From the NCBI GenBank assembly GCA_045430295.1, contig JAILXX010000005.1, forward strand, positions 110,893-174,892: a stretch of DNA of 64,000 bases, in the 5' to 3' direction. The notes under the pieces were generated by a model. It searched no databases. It was not told the DNA's origin and saw nothing but the letters and a program-made list of their open reading frames with translations. Below are positions 38,338 through 49,358 of this stretch, piece by piece. Each line of letters begins with the position of its first letter. The first letter of the stretch is position 1. A program made the translations under genes and the position numbers. The DNA comes from Cellvibrionaceae bacterium (GTDB taxonomy: Bacteria > Pseudomonadota > Gammaproteobacteria > Pseudomonadales > JAILXX01).

Positions 38338-39243
38338 ATGAGTCGATTGATTCACTTTACCTTGCGCCAACTTCAGGTATTTATTGCTATTGCTCAGCAT
38401 CAAAATGTGACCCGTGCCGCTGAGTTTTTAAATATGTCTCAGTCAGCTTGTAGTGGGGCCTTGAAAGACCTCGAGTCTATGTATGGCATGCAGTTGTTTG
38501 ATCGTGTGGGCAAACGATTGCATGTGAACGAGTTGGGCCTAATGTTGCGGCCAAAAGTTGAGGCCTTGCTGGCTCGGGCAGAAGAACTAGAGATTGAGTT
38601 AAGTGACCAGCAGAGGGTGGGTACCTTAAAAATTGGCGCGACACTGACTATTGGCAATTACTTAGCGGTACCTCTTATCAATCAATACATGCAGTCGGAG
38701 GATGGCGCTAAGGTTGAGCTAGACGTGGCGAATACCAAAACTATAGTGGAGTCCCTGCTCAATTTTGATTTTGATATCGGCTTGATCGAAGGAGAGGTCC
38801 AGCATGGCTCTATTGAAGTCTTACCTTGGGAAAAAGATGAGTTGGTGTGTTTTTGTGCTCCTGATCATCCGCTAGCAAAGAAAAAGAGCGTCAGTGAAGA
38901 GGACTTGGTTTCGGCCCGGTGGATTTTGCGAGAGCAAGGTTCGGGAACACGCCAGGCTTTTGATCGTGCGATGCATGGATTATTACCTTCCCTGGATATT
39001 TTACTGGAACTCCAGCACGCTGAAGCGATTAAAGGCGCGGTGAAATCAGGCATGGGTATTTCGTGTTTGCCGGATATTTCTTTGCAAGAAGAGTTTGAGC
39101 GTGGAGGCTTGGTGCCAATCGCTGTGCCTGAAAGAAACTTTGTGCGCGATTTATATATTGTGCTGCACCGTGATAAGTATCGCAGTCCTGGCATGCTTCG
39201 TTGGTTACAATTATGTGGTGTTGAGTTGGTCAGTCCTGACTAA
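38338..39243 (+). CDS. LysR-family transcriptional regulator
   Basis: N-terminal HTH 'LRQLQVFIAIAQHQNVTRAAEFLNMSQSACSGALKDLE'. Divergent from the symporter. Confidence 0.9.
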   Translation: MSRLIHFTLRQLQVFIAIAQHQNVTRAAEFLNMSQSACSGALKDLESMYGMQLFDRVGKRLHVNELGLMLRPKVEALLARAEELEIELSDQQRVGTLKIGATLTIGNYLAVPLINQYMQSEDGAKVELDVANTKTIVESLLNFDFDIGLIEGEVQHGSIEVLPWEKDELVCFCAPDHPLAKKKSVSEEDLVSARWILREQGSGTRQAFDRAMHGLLPSLDILLELQHAEAIKGAVKSGMGISCLPDISLQEEFERGGLVPIAVPERNFVRDLYIVLHRDKYRSPGMLRWLQLCGVELVSPD

Positions 39244-39322
39244 AGTCTTTAGATTTTACAGTGCCTCTATGGGGAGATTGGGTGAGGCATTAGAAGGTAG
39301 TGTTGTATTAGAGAGTCGTGCC

Positions 39323-39703
39323 ATGTTTCAGAAAATCCCTGTTAATCGCCTGCTAGCCTTGTTGCGTCAGTGGTGGTTGCCTCTTACTGTGGCTCTGCTC
39401 TCGGCGATTGCTTTGCTCACTCTCTGGCCCTCCGAGCGCATGCCTACTGTGCCGGGAGGGGATCGATTGCATCATCTTATTGCTTATGCGGCGTTGGTTT
39501 TTCCGGTGGCTTTTTGTCGTCCGCGGTACTGGCGGTGTTTGGTATTATTGTTTGTCGCTTGGGGTGGTGTGCTGGAATTATTGCAGCCTTACTTTAATCG
39601 CCATAATGAGTGGCAAGACTTTTTGGCTAATATCTTGGGGGTGGTTTTCGGCTTGTTAATGGCACACCTGCTGCGTTATCTCGAAGCTCGAAATGCGCCG
39701 TAG
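39323..39703 (+). CDS. VanZ-like membrane protein
   Basis: I prefer the ATG at 39323 after a GAGAG RBS. Four TM segments, with 'D.L.H...Y..L' and 'ELLQ' motifs of VanZ-like proteins. Confidence 0.6.
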   Translation: MFQKIPVNRLLALLRQWWLPLTVALLSAIALLTLWPSERMPTVPGGDRLHHLIAYAALVFPVAFCRPRYWRCLVLLFVAWGGVLELLQPYFNRHNEWQDFLANILGVVFGLLMAHLLRYLEARNAP

Positions 39704-39743
39704 AAAACTTTCGCAGTATTGGTTTCCGGCTTGGATCTTCTCT

Positions 39744-40517
39744 TTAAATTTCTTTGTTCGGTGTTTTAGTTCCTTCTTTGCTTATTTCTTCCTCTGCTGT
39801 CTCGGTGCTGATTTTTTCTATCACGCCGTTACTCAGCCAGGAAAAATTCTTCGGGGCAACATATTGAAGAACCTCTTTCGTATCGGTATAGAGAGAAATG
39901 CTCAAACCTTTTTTAGGGAATAGGTATATGGTTTCTTCTTTGCCGCGAGTGATGGTTTTATCCGCTTTGCCAAAACGCTGAGTAATAATTTCTTCATCGA
40001 GATTAATAACCGGAATAAAAGTCACTGTTTTAATGAGGCTGTTTAAAGCCTGTTGCCTGTCGTCTTTATTCAGGGTGAACTTCTTATTGCCCGTTTCTAA
40101 ATATTCAACATGAGCGGCGTTGTTACGAATGGTTTTTATTTTCTCAGGGCTGACGTCGGCTACTAGCACTAGGCGGCCTTTAATAGGGCCGGCGGTATAA
40201 TTGGCGTCGTAGGCTTCAATACTGCTACTGGTGTCGGTTTCGATAAGTGCAATTTCGTGGTCAGGCCCCAGTGATTGAATGGCGGTGGCCAGATTGTCAG
40301 TACCCAATGTAAATCCAAATACCTCAGAATAACCCTCTGGCGTTGGCGTGATTTGCCAGGGCAGGCCGCTGTAGGATTGCTCGGGTTGGTCTAGCTTGTT
40401 CTCTTCTGGCTTATTGCTGAAGTTTAAAATCCCAACGGTTAGGCCGCCGAGTAAGAGCAAAAGTGTAATCTGAAGTTTATTTGAAGGTTGGATCATAATC
40501 TTGTTGAATGTAGTCAT
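39744..40517 (-). CDS. Hypothetical membrane-anchored or periplasmic protein
   Basis: A single N-terminal hydrophobic segment 'LQITLLLLLGGLTVGIL'. I recognise no family. Confidence 0.55.
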   Translation of the reverse strand: MTTFNKIMIQPSNKLQITLLLLLGGLTVGILNFSNKPEENKLDQPEQSYSGLPWQITPTPEGYSEVFGFTLGTDNLATAIQSLGPDHEIALIETDTSSSIEAYDANYTAGPIKGRLVLVADVSPEKIKTIRNNAAHVEYLETGNKKFTLNKDDRQQALNSLIKTVTFIPVINLDEEIITQRFGKADKTITRGKEETIYLFPKKGLSISLYTDTKEVLQYVAPKNFSWLSNGVIEKISTETAEEEISKEGTKTPNKEI

Positions 40518-40567
40518 CTGGTCAATAGGCGTTATTGTAAGTCAGTTTAAGAAGTTTTGGTGATTAA

Positions 40568-41203
40568 ATGAAAGCTATCCGTGTTAATGGGAAATCTGTA
40601 GTGCCGTCGAAAGTGGTTTGTATTGGCCGAAACTATGTTGGACATATTACTGAGTTGGGGAATGAGATTCCCAAAGAGCCTGTGGTATTCCTAAAACCCA
40701 ATTCAGCCATTAGCGATATCCTTCAGGCATTTCATCAGGAGCCGCTGCATTATGAAGGTGAGCTTTGCTTTGTGTATGAACAAGGGCGCTTTTCAGCAGT
40801 AGGTTTTGGTTTGGATCTCACAAAGCGGGGATTGCAAGGCGCGTTGAAAGCCAAGGGTTTGCCTTGGGAGCGGGCCAAGGCGTTTGATGGGGCGGCGGTG
40901 CTGGGTGACTTTGTCTCTATTGATGAAACGATACTCCTGGAAACAGAAGACAGCGAAAAAGAATTAGTATTAGAGCTTCGCGTCAATGGTGAGCTAATTC
41001 AGAGGGGTGGAATCAGCCTGATGATGTACAAGCCCAAAGCTATTCTCGACGCCTTGCAGCAGTTTATTACCCTGGAAGATGGGGATGTGGTAATGACCGG
41101 CACGCCAGAAGGCGTTGGGCAGATTAATGTGGGTGACGTTTTCGAGGGGCGTGTGGTTCACGCAGGGGGAATCTTAACCCAGGTCGGTTGGGTAGCCGAG
41201 TAA
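40568..41203 (+). CDS. Fumarylacetoacetate hydrolase (FAH) family protein
   Basis: 'KVVCIGRNY..H..E', 'P.VFLKP', 'YEGEL', 'GDVVMTGTPEGVG'. Confidence 0.85.
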   Translation: MKAIRVNGKSVVPSKVVCIGRNYVGHITELGNEIPKEPVVFLKPNSAISDILQAFHQEPLHYEGELCFVYEQGRFSAVGFGLDLTKRGLQGALKAKGLPWERAKAFDGAAVLGDFVSIDETILLETEDSEKELVLELRVNGELIQRGGISLMMYKPKAILDALQQFITLEDGDVVMTGTPEGVGQINVGDVFEGRVVHAGGILTQVGWVAE

Positions 41204-41204
41204 A

Positions 41205-42947
41205 TTATATGTTGCTCAACCATAGTGTTTGATACGGTACTAAGGCAATTTCAGTCGCGTCCAAATCAATTTCGGTATTCTCAATTAAATTCGTCCAGTC
41301 GCTGGTGTTAACGAGATTAATGCTGGATAAAGGAATAATTTGCTCTTTATCGGTAATATTACTGATGCAGAAAATATTCTGTCTGCGATCCATGCTCTGG
41401 CGCCAGAAGGCAAAGATACCTTCGCCAAGGTGAAGAGTAAATTGCGTGGCGTTGGGGTGGAATGCAGCTTGTTGTCCGCGTAGTTGAATTAGTCTTTTTA
41501 ATTCGGCGAATACTTTTGCGTGGCTGCTGTTGCCATCTAATGCGGCTTTCAGCTCGTCATATTGCCACTGATGACGATTGATGGAGCGGTTGTGGCCGGT
41601 GTTCTCCATTTTTTGATAGTCGTTCTCTGTGCCCAGTAAGCTGTGGATATAAAAAGCAGGGATTCCTTCTAAACCAAGCATTATGGTATGGGCGCAAATA
41701 AAGCGCTCAAAGTTCCATTGATCCGGCCCTTTGGTTGTTCCTTTTAAAGCATCATAGAGCGCGATATTAATTTCGTAGGGTTTGGTTTCGTTATTGTCCA
41801 GTGCTCGCCAGGAAATACGCCCGCCAAATTCTTGCATGGTTTCAATAAACTGTGTTTCTTCTTGTTCAGATAGTAAGCCTTCCACTGGGCGTAAGCCGAT
41901 GCCGTCATGTGAGGCAATGAAGTTAAAGTAGGTGGTGCCGTTTTGCGCTGGAGGCATACCCATCATCCATTGCTTAAGATAGGAGCTATTGCCGGAAATT
42001 AATGCATGAACTAACAGTGGAGGAAGGGAGAAGTTATACACCCAGTGAGCTTCATTGTTATTGCCAAAGTAGGATAAGTTTTCCCTGTTTGGAATATTGG
42101 TTTCCGTAAGAATTACCGCTTCAGGATCGGCGTGTTCGATTAGGGTTCGCAGCAAGCGAACCATTTCATGAGTTTCTGTCAGGTTTAAACAGTTGGTTCC
42201 TACAATTTTCCACAGGAATGCAATGGCGTCTAGGCGGAAAATCTTTACGCCCATGTCGAGATAAAGCCGGATGATACTTGCGAATTGCTTTAAAACTTTA
42301 ATATTTCGGAAGTCCAAATCCACTTGATCGTGGCTAAAAGTACACCACACGTACTTGGTTCCATTGCTGGTTTCAATCGCTTTTAACAGAGGGTTAGTGC
42401 GAGGGCGGGTGACTTCGCTGAGGTCGTCTTCTGGATTGGCTGTAAAAAAGAAGTCCTTTCCTGGATCTTTCTGCTTGATGAAATTGTCGAACCAAATTCC
42501 CCTGGCTGAACAATGGTTGATAACCAAATCGCTCATTAGCTTGTAGTGGTTCGAAATGTCTTGAATATCATTCCAGTCCCCCAGGGATTCATTGACGCTG
42601 GAGAAATCCATGACAGAGAAGCCATCGTCAGAGCTAAAAGGGAAAAAAGGCAGAATATGAACGCTGTTGATGGTGTCTTTGATGTGCTGATCAAGAAATC
42701 CTAACAGTGTGTGAAGCGGTTTTTCAGCGTTCTTTAGAAAGGTATCGCCGTAAGTGATCACCACTGCATCTTTTTCACTCCAGTGATTTTGATACTGTTC
42801 TGGTGGCTGGGTAACGCTCTCTAGGCGCATGATTTGAATTAAGTCCACAGCGATAGATTCCGCTGAATCCTCTAATGGGATATCTCGATAAATGACCGCT
42901 AAGTGATCACAAAGTCGTTGTTGTAAAAGTTCGAGGGCGTTACTCAT
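41205..42947 (-). CDS. Sucrose-phosphorylase-family (GH13_18) glycoside phosphorylase, probably glucosylglycerate phosphorylase
   Basis: 'VINHCS', nucleophile region '[11 protein letters not shown]', 'ILTETN' and 'ASHDGIGL'. The context is a glycosylglycerate gene cluster. Confidence 0.65.
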   Translation of the reverse strand: MSNALELLQQRLCDHLAVIYRDIPLEDSAESIAVDLIQIMRLESVTQPPEQYQNHWSEKDAVVITYGDTFLKNAEKPLHTLLGFLDQHIKDTINSVHILPFFPFSSDDGFSVMDFSSVNESLGDWNDIQDISNHYKLMSDLVINHCSARGIWFDNFIKQKDPGKDFFFTANPEDDLSEVTRPRTNPLLKAIETSNGTKYVWCTFSHDQVDLDFRNIKVLKQFASIIRLYLDMGVKIFRLDAIAFLWKIVGTNCLNLTETHEMVRLLRTLIEHADPEAVILTETNIPNRENLSYFGNNNEAHWVYNFSLPPLLVHALISGNSSYLKQWMMGMPPAQNGTTYFNFIASHDGIGLRPVEGLLSEQEETQFIETMQEFGGRISWRALDNNETKPYEINIALYDALKGTTKGPDQWNFERFICAHTIMLGLEGIPAFYIHSLLGTENDYQKMENTGHNRSINRHQWQYDELKAALDGNSSHAKVFAELKRLIQLRGQQAAFHPNATQFTLHLGEGIFAFWRQSMDRRQNIFCISNITDKEQIIPLSSINLVNTSDWTNLIENTEIDLDATEIALVPYQTLWLSNI

Positions 42948-42977
42948 CGTGCTTCCTGTGGCGAAAATGTTTTCGGG

Positions 42978-44204
42978 TTAGCCTTTTGAAAAGGTTTTGT
43001 TGTCTTCTTCTACTGCATTGTAGAGCCTTTCTAGAACGTCTGGCATAGCGCTGATAACCCGGTTCCAGCTGGGAATAAAAGGCGTTTCCATGGGGTTTTC
43101 CAGAAAGGTGTCGCCGGCTTTCATGATGTTGCGGGCGAAGGTTTCTACAGCGCTTTCTTCGCTGTGAATATCCAGCTCTAGGCCGTTAATAATGGCGTCG
43201 TTGCGGTAGGTTTCGATCAGATCTAAAGCAATGCGGTAATAGGTGGCTTTAATGGAGCGAAAGGTTTCGTTGTTGAAAGTTTTACCCTGTGTGGCCAGCT
43301 TTCGGAATAGGGCTTTGGAGATATCAATAGACATTTTTGAAAGCCCGCCTTGATCATTGTTTGCAGAAAGATCTTGGTGTTTGTGGTCGTAGATGTTGGC
43401 AATATCTACCTGGCAAAGTCGGTTGGTGGAGTAGTTGCGATACATTTCCGACAGTACGCCAATTTCCAAACCCCAGTCGCTGGGAATACGAATATCTGTG
43501 AGTACGTCTTTACGGAAGGAAAACTCACCGGCTAATGAATAGCGATAGCTGTCCATATAGTGAAGGTAATCCATATCGCCGTAGATTTTTTTCAGTGATC
43601 TTAATAAAGGCGTAACCAGCAAGCGACAGACGCGGCCATTAAATTTGTTGTCGGCAATGCGGCTGTAGAATCCTTTGCAGAACATGTAGTTAAAGCGTGG
43701 ATTCGCAACGGGGTAAATGAGCCGTGCCAGTAAGTCTCGCTGGTAAGTGACAATGTCACAGTCGTGGAGGGCGACAGATTCAGACTTTCCTGAGGCCAAA
43801 AAGTAACCCATGCAATACCAAACATTACGACCCTTTCCTAGCTCTTTGGGTGCAACATTCAGCGCTTGTAATTCTTTGTCTAAGGCTTGTAATGCAGGGC
43901 CGTCATTCCAGAGTACGCGGTGGTGTTGTGGTAACTCACCGAAAAAATCTAAGGCGGCGCGATATTGTTGTTCGTCAGCGCGATCAAGGCCAATCACAAT
44001 TTCAGAAAGGTAGGGAACATTTTTTAGTTCGCTAATAATCTTAGGGAGAGCTTCCCCTTCTAGTTCAGAATAGAGGGATGGCAGCAGTAGTCCCATGGGC
44101 CGCTGCTTGGAAAAGGAAAGCAATTCTTCTTCAAGGGCGTCAACAGGTCGCTGGGTGAGGTTGTGAAGCGTGGTGATAATGCCGTTTTGATAAAAGTCCG
44201 CCAT
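42978..44204 (-). CDS. Glycosyl-3-phosphoglycerate synthase-like glycosyltransferase (probable glucosyl-3-phosphoglycerate synthase)
   Basis: GT-A-like 'LHDCDI' (DxD) and 'GKGRNVW'. It sits between an MPGP-family phosphatase and a GH13_18 phosphorylase. The assignment rests largely on context. Confidence 0.55.
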   Translation of the reverse strand: MADFYQNGIITTLHNLTQRPVDALEEELLSFSKQRPMGLLLPSLYSELEGEALPKIISELKNVPYLSEIVIGLDRADEQQYRAALDFFGELPQHHRVLWNDGPALQALDKELQALNVAPKELGKGRNVWYCMGYFLASGKSESVALHDCDIVTYQRDLLARLIYPVANPRFNYMFCKGFYSRIADNKFNGRVCRLLVTPLLRSLKKIYGDMDYLHYMDSYRYSLAGEFSFRKDVLTDIRIPSDWGLEIGVLSEMYRNYSTNRLCQVDIANIYDHKHQDLSANNDQGGLSKMSIDISKALFRKLATQGKTFNNETFRSIKATYYRIALDLIETYRNDAIINGLELDIHSEESAVETFARNIMKAGDTFLENPMETPFIPSWNRVISAMPDVLERLYNAVEEDNKTFSKG

Positions 44205-44221
44205 AGTGCCGCCTTATATTT

Positions 44222-45094
44222 CTATAGAGATAAGAATTTCTTTACTTCATTGCACCAGCCTTGAGGGGCTGGTGTATCGCCAATAATGGCATCTTGCCGG
44301 TTTAAGATTGGAGGGGCGCTCGTGGGTGATGGAATGATGATCGCGGTCTCTGCGGTATCCAGCATGGCCGCATCATTTTGACTGTCCCCAAGGGCAATGC
44401 TTGTAATATCACTGCATGAAATTCCCCATTGCCGAGCAAAAAACTTTCTTAGCCATTCCAATGCGTAGCCTTTGTCGCAATGCCCGCATACATGCAAAAA
44501 ACGACCGCCTTGAAGCATTTTTACGCCGGCGTGTTCCAATAGCTCGGTAAAAATCCTTTTTGACTTTTCGTCGCTTCGCCACAGTAGAGGCTCGCTAAAT
44601 TCACGTTGATTGGCGAGATTCGCTTCTTTTTCGGTAAGCCCTGTATGCTTTGCTATCTCGTTGTCGCTCATTTGAGAGAAAGCGATAAATTGATTGCCGT
44701 AAGCACTTAGATAAGGTTCTAAAAGGTGCTGCCAGTACTCGCGGGATTGAGAAAAACTGATCCGGTTATAGCCTTTTACTTGTGTGATATGTGTAACAGA
44801 GGCGAAGGTTTTTAGGATTTCTTTGTTATGCAGGATGTCTTCAGGAAAATAATCGTCGGGTATGTAAATGGCCGCGCCATTTTCAATGATAAAAGGGTGG
44901 CGGTTGTTCAGTGATTCTCGTAATGGGATAAGTTCTGCAAAGGTTTTACTGGTATTGAAGATGACAGGAATTTTTTTCTCTTCCAATATATTTAGTAATG
45001 GTTGTACCGCAGAATAATCATAGCTGTGATGGTCGAGTATAGTGCCGTCGAGATCTGAAAAAATAAGTGTCGGTGTGTTGGGCTTGTTATTCAC
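44222..45094 (-). CDS. HAD-IIB mannosyl/glucosyl-3-phosphoglycerate phosphatase family protein
   Basis: 'LIFSDLDGTILDHHSYDY', 'FNTSKT', 'ALGDSQND' (YedP/MpgP type). Confidence 0.75.
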   Translation of the reverse strand: MNNKPNTPTLIFSDLDGTILDHHSYDYSAVQPLLNILEEKKIPVIFNTSKTFAELIPLRESLNNRHPFIIENGAAIYIPDDYFPEDILHNKEILKTFASVTHITQVKGYNRISFSQSREYWQHLLEPYLSAYGNQFIAFSQMSDNEIAKHTGLTEKEANLANQREFSEPLLWRSDEKSKRIFTELLEHAGVKMLQGGRFLHVCGHCDKGYALEWLRKFFARQWGISCSDITSIALGDSQNDAAMLDTAETAIIIPSPTSAPPILNRQDAIIGDTPAPQGWCNEVKKFLSL

Positions 45095-45993
45095 GATGAC
45101 TGAATTTCTCGTTTCGTGTTCAGAGTAAAAAGAAGGTCGACTTTTTTAGGTAGCTGCTTAAGAGTGTGCTCTGTTATACGTTGATAAAATTGCACAAACC
45201 GTTTGATTTCGTTGTCGCTCATTACGCCTGTTGTTTTTGTGTTTTCTTGTTTAGTTAAACTCTGCTGTTGCAACTTTTCGGCCAGCTTTTTTTCTTGCTG
45301 TAATCGCCATTGGTATACGCAGTCGAATGAGGGGGCTTGGAGCATTACCCAGGTGTCGACTTGTTGGAACAAGTCGGCGTACTCGGTGGCGAGTTTGCGG
45401 TTACTGAATGTGCGCCAAAGGCCTTGTTTGTCTTCTTCTTTTTCCAGTGTGTTGATGGGCTCTTCTAGGGCGCTTTCCGGTTGTGGGGGGCTACCCACAC
45501 ACCAGCCTTCCAGAATGATGATATCGATGGGCGCTTGCACACTATCCCAGTTTGATTCTGGGTGCCGGTCATCGCAGGCCTTGTTAAACCTAGGGATGGC
45601 CACAGTTTCTGGCGTTTGACTGCGTAACCTGCTTAGGGTGGTTTTCGTTAGTTTCATGTCGTGAGTGCCGGGTACACCTCGGGTTTTTAGAAGAGGGTGT
45701 ACGGATTCGCTCAAGGTTAAGCGTTCTGCTTTGGTGAGGTAAAAATCGTCGATAGAGAGACTTACTACGTTGAGTTTGTGCTCATGCTTGAGTCGGGTGC
45801 GTAGGTAATCTGCCAGGGTGGTTTTTCCTGATCCTTGGCTGCCGTTAATGCCCAAAATAATTGGTGTTTTCTGGTGGCGCTGCTCCATTATGCGCACCAA
45901 TATGGGGCTAAAGTGTGTCTCTGCTTGCACCAGATAGGATTCTGGTAATCGGTGGTCTTCGAGAAAATGAGTTAAATACGGGGTTGTGGCCAT
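45091..45993 (-). CDS. P-loop kinase, D-glycerate 3-kinase (GLYK)-like
   Basis: 'GINGSQGSGKTTLA', 'SIDDFYLTKAER' and 'TRGVPGTHD' resemble plant/yeast-type glycerate 3-kinases. 4-nt overlap with the downstream gene. Confidence 0.6.
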   Translation of the reverse strand: MATTPYLTHFLEDHRLPESYLVQAETHFSPILVRIMEQRHQKTPIILGINGSQGSGKTTLADYLRTRLKHEHKLNVVSLSIDDFYLTKAERLTLSESVHPLLKTRGVPGTHDMKLTKTTLSRLRSQTPETVAIPRFNKACDDRHPESNWDSVQAPIDIIILEGWCVGSPPQPESALEEPINTLEKEEDKQGLWRTFSNRKLATEYADLFQQVDTWVMLQAPSFDCVYQWRLQQEKKLAEKLQQQSLTKQENTKTTGVMSDNEIKRFVQFYQRITEHTLKQLPKKVDLLFTLNTKREIQSS

Positions 45994-46031
45994 TATTTGG
46001 GGCTCCCAGAGGCGTATGCATCACTAGGAAT

Positions 46032-46047
46032 AGCAGCTTTAGTGCCA
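46032..46047 (-). promoter_or_regulatory. Sigma-54 promoter in front of the glycerate-kinase/glycosylglycerate operon
   Basis: The minus strand reads TGGCAC-TAAAG-CTGCT, with exact GG-N10-GC spacing. The -12 element lies about 40 nt upstream of the ATG at 45993. Confidence 0.65.
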
Positions 46048-46227
46048 CCTGCCAGGAAAGGGGCCATTTCAGGTGATAAACGGGGGCTAAAACTCAGGAA
46101 AAGGTTGGATTCTTAAGGGCCGATAAGGGAAAATAGCGCCTTTTTTGCACAGAGAGCTGCCTGCGTTGTTATTGCGGCGTTTGGGCCCTCTGTACGGTTA
46201 ATTTACCATCCCCCGAGGAGTCCTCTC

Positions 46228-48222
46228 ATGCCGTCTCGTTACGAACTCGCCAATGCCATTCGTGCCCTGTCTATGGATGCCGTGCAGCAAGCCAAATCAG
46301 GCCACCCAGGTGCCCCAATGGGCATGGCGGATATTGCTGAAGTGTTATGGAATGACTATCTGAAACATAACCCAGCGAATCCAGATTGGTGGGATCGCGA
46401 CCGCTTTGTGCTGTCTAACGGCCACGGCTCCATGTTGATTTACTCTTTGCTTCACTTGACGGGTTACGACCTGCCTATCGAAGAGCTGAAAAACTTTCGT
46501 CAGTTACATTCCAAAACCCCGGGGCACCCTGAGTACGGTTATGCGCCAGGCATAGAAACCACCACTGGCCCATTGGGGCAGGGCATCACCAATGCAGTGG
46601 GTATGGCGGTTGCTGAGAAAACCTTGGCTGCGCAATTCAACCGCGACGGTCACGAAGTGATTGATCACTACACCTACACCTTTATGGGCGACGGTTGCTT
46701 GATGGAAGGTATTTCCCACGAGGCATGCTCACTGGCTGGCACCCTGGGCTTGGGTAAGTTGATCGGATTCTACGACGACAACGGTATTTCTATCGACGGT
46801 GAAGTAGAAGGCTGGTTTACCGACGACACCCCTAAGCGCTTTGAATCTTACGGCTGGCATGTGATTCCAAATGTAGATGGTCACGATAGTGAAGCGATTA
46901 AGGCAGCCATTGAAGCGGCTCGTGCCGAAAGCGACAAGCCAACCATTATTTGCTGTAAAACGGTGATTGGTTTTGGTTCTCCAAACAAGCAAGGCAAAGA
47001 AGATTGTCACGGTGCACCCCTGGGTGATGATGAAATTGCACTGACCCGCGAAAAGTTGGGTTGGGCTCACGGTCCATTTGAAATTCCAACGGATATCGCC
47101 AGTGCTTGGGATGCGAAAACCGATGGCGCTGCGGCGGAATCTCAGTGGCAAGAAAAGTTTGCCGCTTACAGTGATGCTCATCCTGAGTTGGCTTCCGAAT
47201 TGTCTCGTCGTATGGTGGGCGAGTTGCCTGAAGATTTCAGTGCGCAAGCGGATGCCTATATTGCACAGTGTCAGGAGGCCATGGAAAAAGTGGCTTCTCG
47301 TAAAGCCAGTCAAAATACTCTGAATGCATTCGGTCCACTGTTGCCAGAAATGCTGGGCGGCTCTGCGGACTTGGCCGGTTCTAACCTAACCTTGTGGAAC
47401 GGTTGTAAAGGTATCGAAGCGAACGATGCCAGTGGTAACTACTTGTTCTACGGCGTGCGTGAGTTCGGTATGAGTGCCATGATGAACGGCATCGCTTTGC
47501 ACGGTGGTTTCGTGCCTTACGGTGCAACCTTCCTGATGTTTATGGAATACGCCCGCAATGCTGTTCGCATGGCGGCACTGATGAAGCAGCGTTCCATTTT
47601 TGTTTACACGCACGACTCCATTGGCTTGGGCGAAGACGGCCCAACTCACCAGCCGGTTGAGCAAGTCACTGCATTGCGCGCTACTCCAAATTTGGAAACC
47701 TGGCGCCCTTGTGACACGGTTGAGTCTGCGGTGTGTTGGAAGTCTGCTATTGAACGTGCCGACGGTCCAAGTGCTTTGATTTTCTCTCGTCAGGGGTTGC
47801 AACCAATGCCGCGCTCTGAGCAGCAAGTAAAAGATATCGCCAAGGGCGGTTACGTGCTGAAAGACTGTGACGGTGAACCTGAAGCCATCATTATCGCCAC
47901 GGGCTCTGAAGTTGAGCTGGCCGTTAACGCTGCGGGTCAACTGGGTGGCAAAAATATTCGCGTAGTTTCCATGCCTTGTGCGGAGTTGTTCGAAAAACAA
48001 GATGCCGCTTACCGTCAATCTGTGCTTCCAGTCGAAGTAGCTAACCGCGTTGCGGTTGAAGCTGGGCACCAAGACTTCTGGTACAAGTATGTTGGCCTAG
48101 AAGGTCGCATTATTGGTATGACTACTTTCGGTGAATCTGCTCCGGGCGGAGAACTGATGAAAGAGTTTGGTTTTACGGTTGAGAATGTCGTTGCGGCAGT
48201 TTCGGAATTGCTGGAAGACTAA
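46228..48222 (+). CDS. tkt: Transketolase
   Basis: 664 aa, 'SGHPG', 'GDGCLMEG', '[16 protein letters not shown]'. Confidence 0.97.
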   Translation: MPSRYELANAIRALSMDAVQQAKSGHPGAPMGMADIAEVLWNDYLKHNPANPDWWDRDRFVLSNGHGSMLIYSLLHLTGYDLPIEELKNFRQLHSKTPGHPEYGYAPGIETTTGPLGQGITNAVGMAVAEKTLAAQFNRDGHEVIDHYTYTFMGDGCLMEGISHEACSLAGTLGLGKLIGFYDDNGISIDGEVEGWFTDDTPKRFESYGWHVIPNVDGHDSEAIKAAIEAARAESDKPTIICCKTVIGFGSPNKQGKEDCHGAPLGDDEIALTREKLGWAHGPFEIPTDIASAWDAKTDGAAAESQWQEKFAAYSDAHPELASELSRRMVGELPEDFSAQADAYIAQCQEAMEKVASRKASQNTLNAFGPLLPEMLGGSADLAGSNLTLWNGCKGIEANDASGNYLFYGVREFGMSAMMNGIALHGGFVPYGATFLMFMEYARNAVRMAALMKQRSIFVYTHDSIGLGEDGPTHQPVEQVTALRATPNLETWRPCDTVESAVCWKSAIERADGPSALIFSRQGLQPMPRSEQQVKDIAKGGYVLKDCDGEPEAIIIATGSEVELAVNAAGQLGGKNIRVVSMPCAELFEKQDAAYRQSVLPVEVANRVAVEAGHQDFWYKYVGLEGRIIGMTTFGESAPGGELMKEFGFTVENVVAAVSELLED

Positions 48223-48294
48223 CGTGTAAAACGTCGGTAGTGAGATGTTGAATGAGAGACGAGAGATGAAACAGCACGGAGCCCAGTGTTAAGG

Positions 48295-49353
48295 ATGAGT
48301 ACATCTTCCGTCTCCCATCTTTCATCTCCCGGTCAGCCTATTCGGCTGGCCATTAACGGCTATGGTCGAATCGGTCGTTGTGTTTTACGTGCGCTTTACG
48401 AGTCTCAGAGACAAAACGAATTTCAAATCGTCGCCATTAATGAATTGGCAGACTGCGCAACGATTGCTCATCTCACTAAATACGATTCCACTCACGGTAG
48501 CTTTCGTGGAAAGGTTAGCGTCGAAAGCGATCAGCTTAATGTTAACGGCGATACCATTCGTGTGTTACACCATGAAGCTATTGATGACTTACCTTGGGCT
48601 GAGTTGGATGTTGATGTGGTTCTGGAGTGTTCCGGTACTTTTAGTGATCGAGAAACCGCAGAAAAGCATATTCAAGTCGGCGCAAAGCGGGTGCTGTTTT
48701 CACAGCCGGCTTCCTGTGATGTTGATGCCACCGTGGTCTATGGTGTAAATCACCAGCTGTTAAAGGGCGATGAAAAAATCGTCTCTGCCGCGTCCTGTAC
48801 TACGAATTGCATTACCCCAGTGATTCAAGTGTTACATCGGGAATTTGGTGTAGAGAGTGGTGTGTTAACCACGATCCACTCGGCCATGAATGATCAGCCT
48901 GTGATTGACGCTTACCACCATACGGACTTACGTAAAACCCGTTCAGCGTTTAATGCGATTATTCCAGTGGATACTGAACTGGCTCGAGGTATTGAGCGTA
49001 TATTGCCGGAACTTAGCGGGCGTTTCGAAGCTCAGGCTATGCGTGTGCCGACGCAAAATGTATCGCTTATGGATTTGTCCGTAACCATTGCGAAGGATGT
49101 AACGGTTGACGCTATAAACTCGGCGTTGCAGAAAGCATCAGAGAATGAATTTTCCGGTATTGTGGGTTATACCCAAGAGCCTCTAGCCTCTTGTGATTTT
49201 AATCACGATAGTCGGAGTAGTATTGTAGATGCTAGTCAGACGAGAGTAAGCCGCAGTCGCTTAGTAAAAGTACTGGCTTGGTTTGATAACGAGTGGAGTT
49301 ATGCTAACCGTATGCTTGATGTGGTTGGGGTTTGGGTTAACCGCGAACAATAA
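48295..49353 (+). CDS. epd: Erythrose-4-phosphate dehydrogenase (GapA-like)
   Basis: '[17 protein letters not shown]', active-site 'SCTTNC', and the tkt-epd-pgk-fba order. Confidence 0.85.
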   Translation: MSTSSVSHLSSPGQPIRLAINGYGRIGRCVLRALYESQRQNEFQIVAINELADCATIAHLTKYDSTHGSFRGKVSVESDQLNVNGDTIRVLHHEAIDDLPWAELDVDVVLECSGTFSDRETAEKHIQVGAKRVLFSQPASCDVDATVVYGVNHQLLKGDEKIVSAASCTTNCITPVIQVLHREFGVESGVLTTIHSAMNDQPVIDAYHHTDLRKTRSAFNAIIPVDTELARGIERILPELSGRFEAQAMRVPTQNVSLMDLSVTIAKDVTVDAINSALQKASENEFSGIVGYTQEPLASCDFNHDSRSSIVDASQTRVSRSRLVKVLAWFDNEWSYANRMLDVVGVWVNREQ

Positions 49354-49358
49354 TTAAC

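Noticed and set aside
39095-39322. Long form (202 aa) of the VanZ-like ORF, overlapping the last 149 nt of the LysR gene
   Set aside because: The overlapping part is Cys-rich nonsense in a shadow frame of the LysR gene. Hydrophobic VanZ-like sequence begins after the ATG at 39323, which has an RBS.
46729-48072. Long antisense ORFs (194 and 228 aa) inside tkt
   Set aside because: They are shadow ORFs opposite a highly conserved gene, with no RBS or recognisable motifs. The same reasoning applies to antisense ORFs inside gpmI (21858-22355), glnA (31852-32307, 32470-32844), ctpA (18478-18858), envC (20201-20602, 20945-21382), fba, serA and others.
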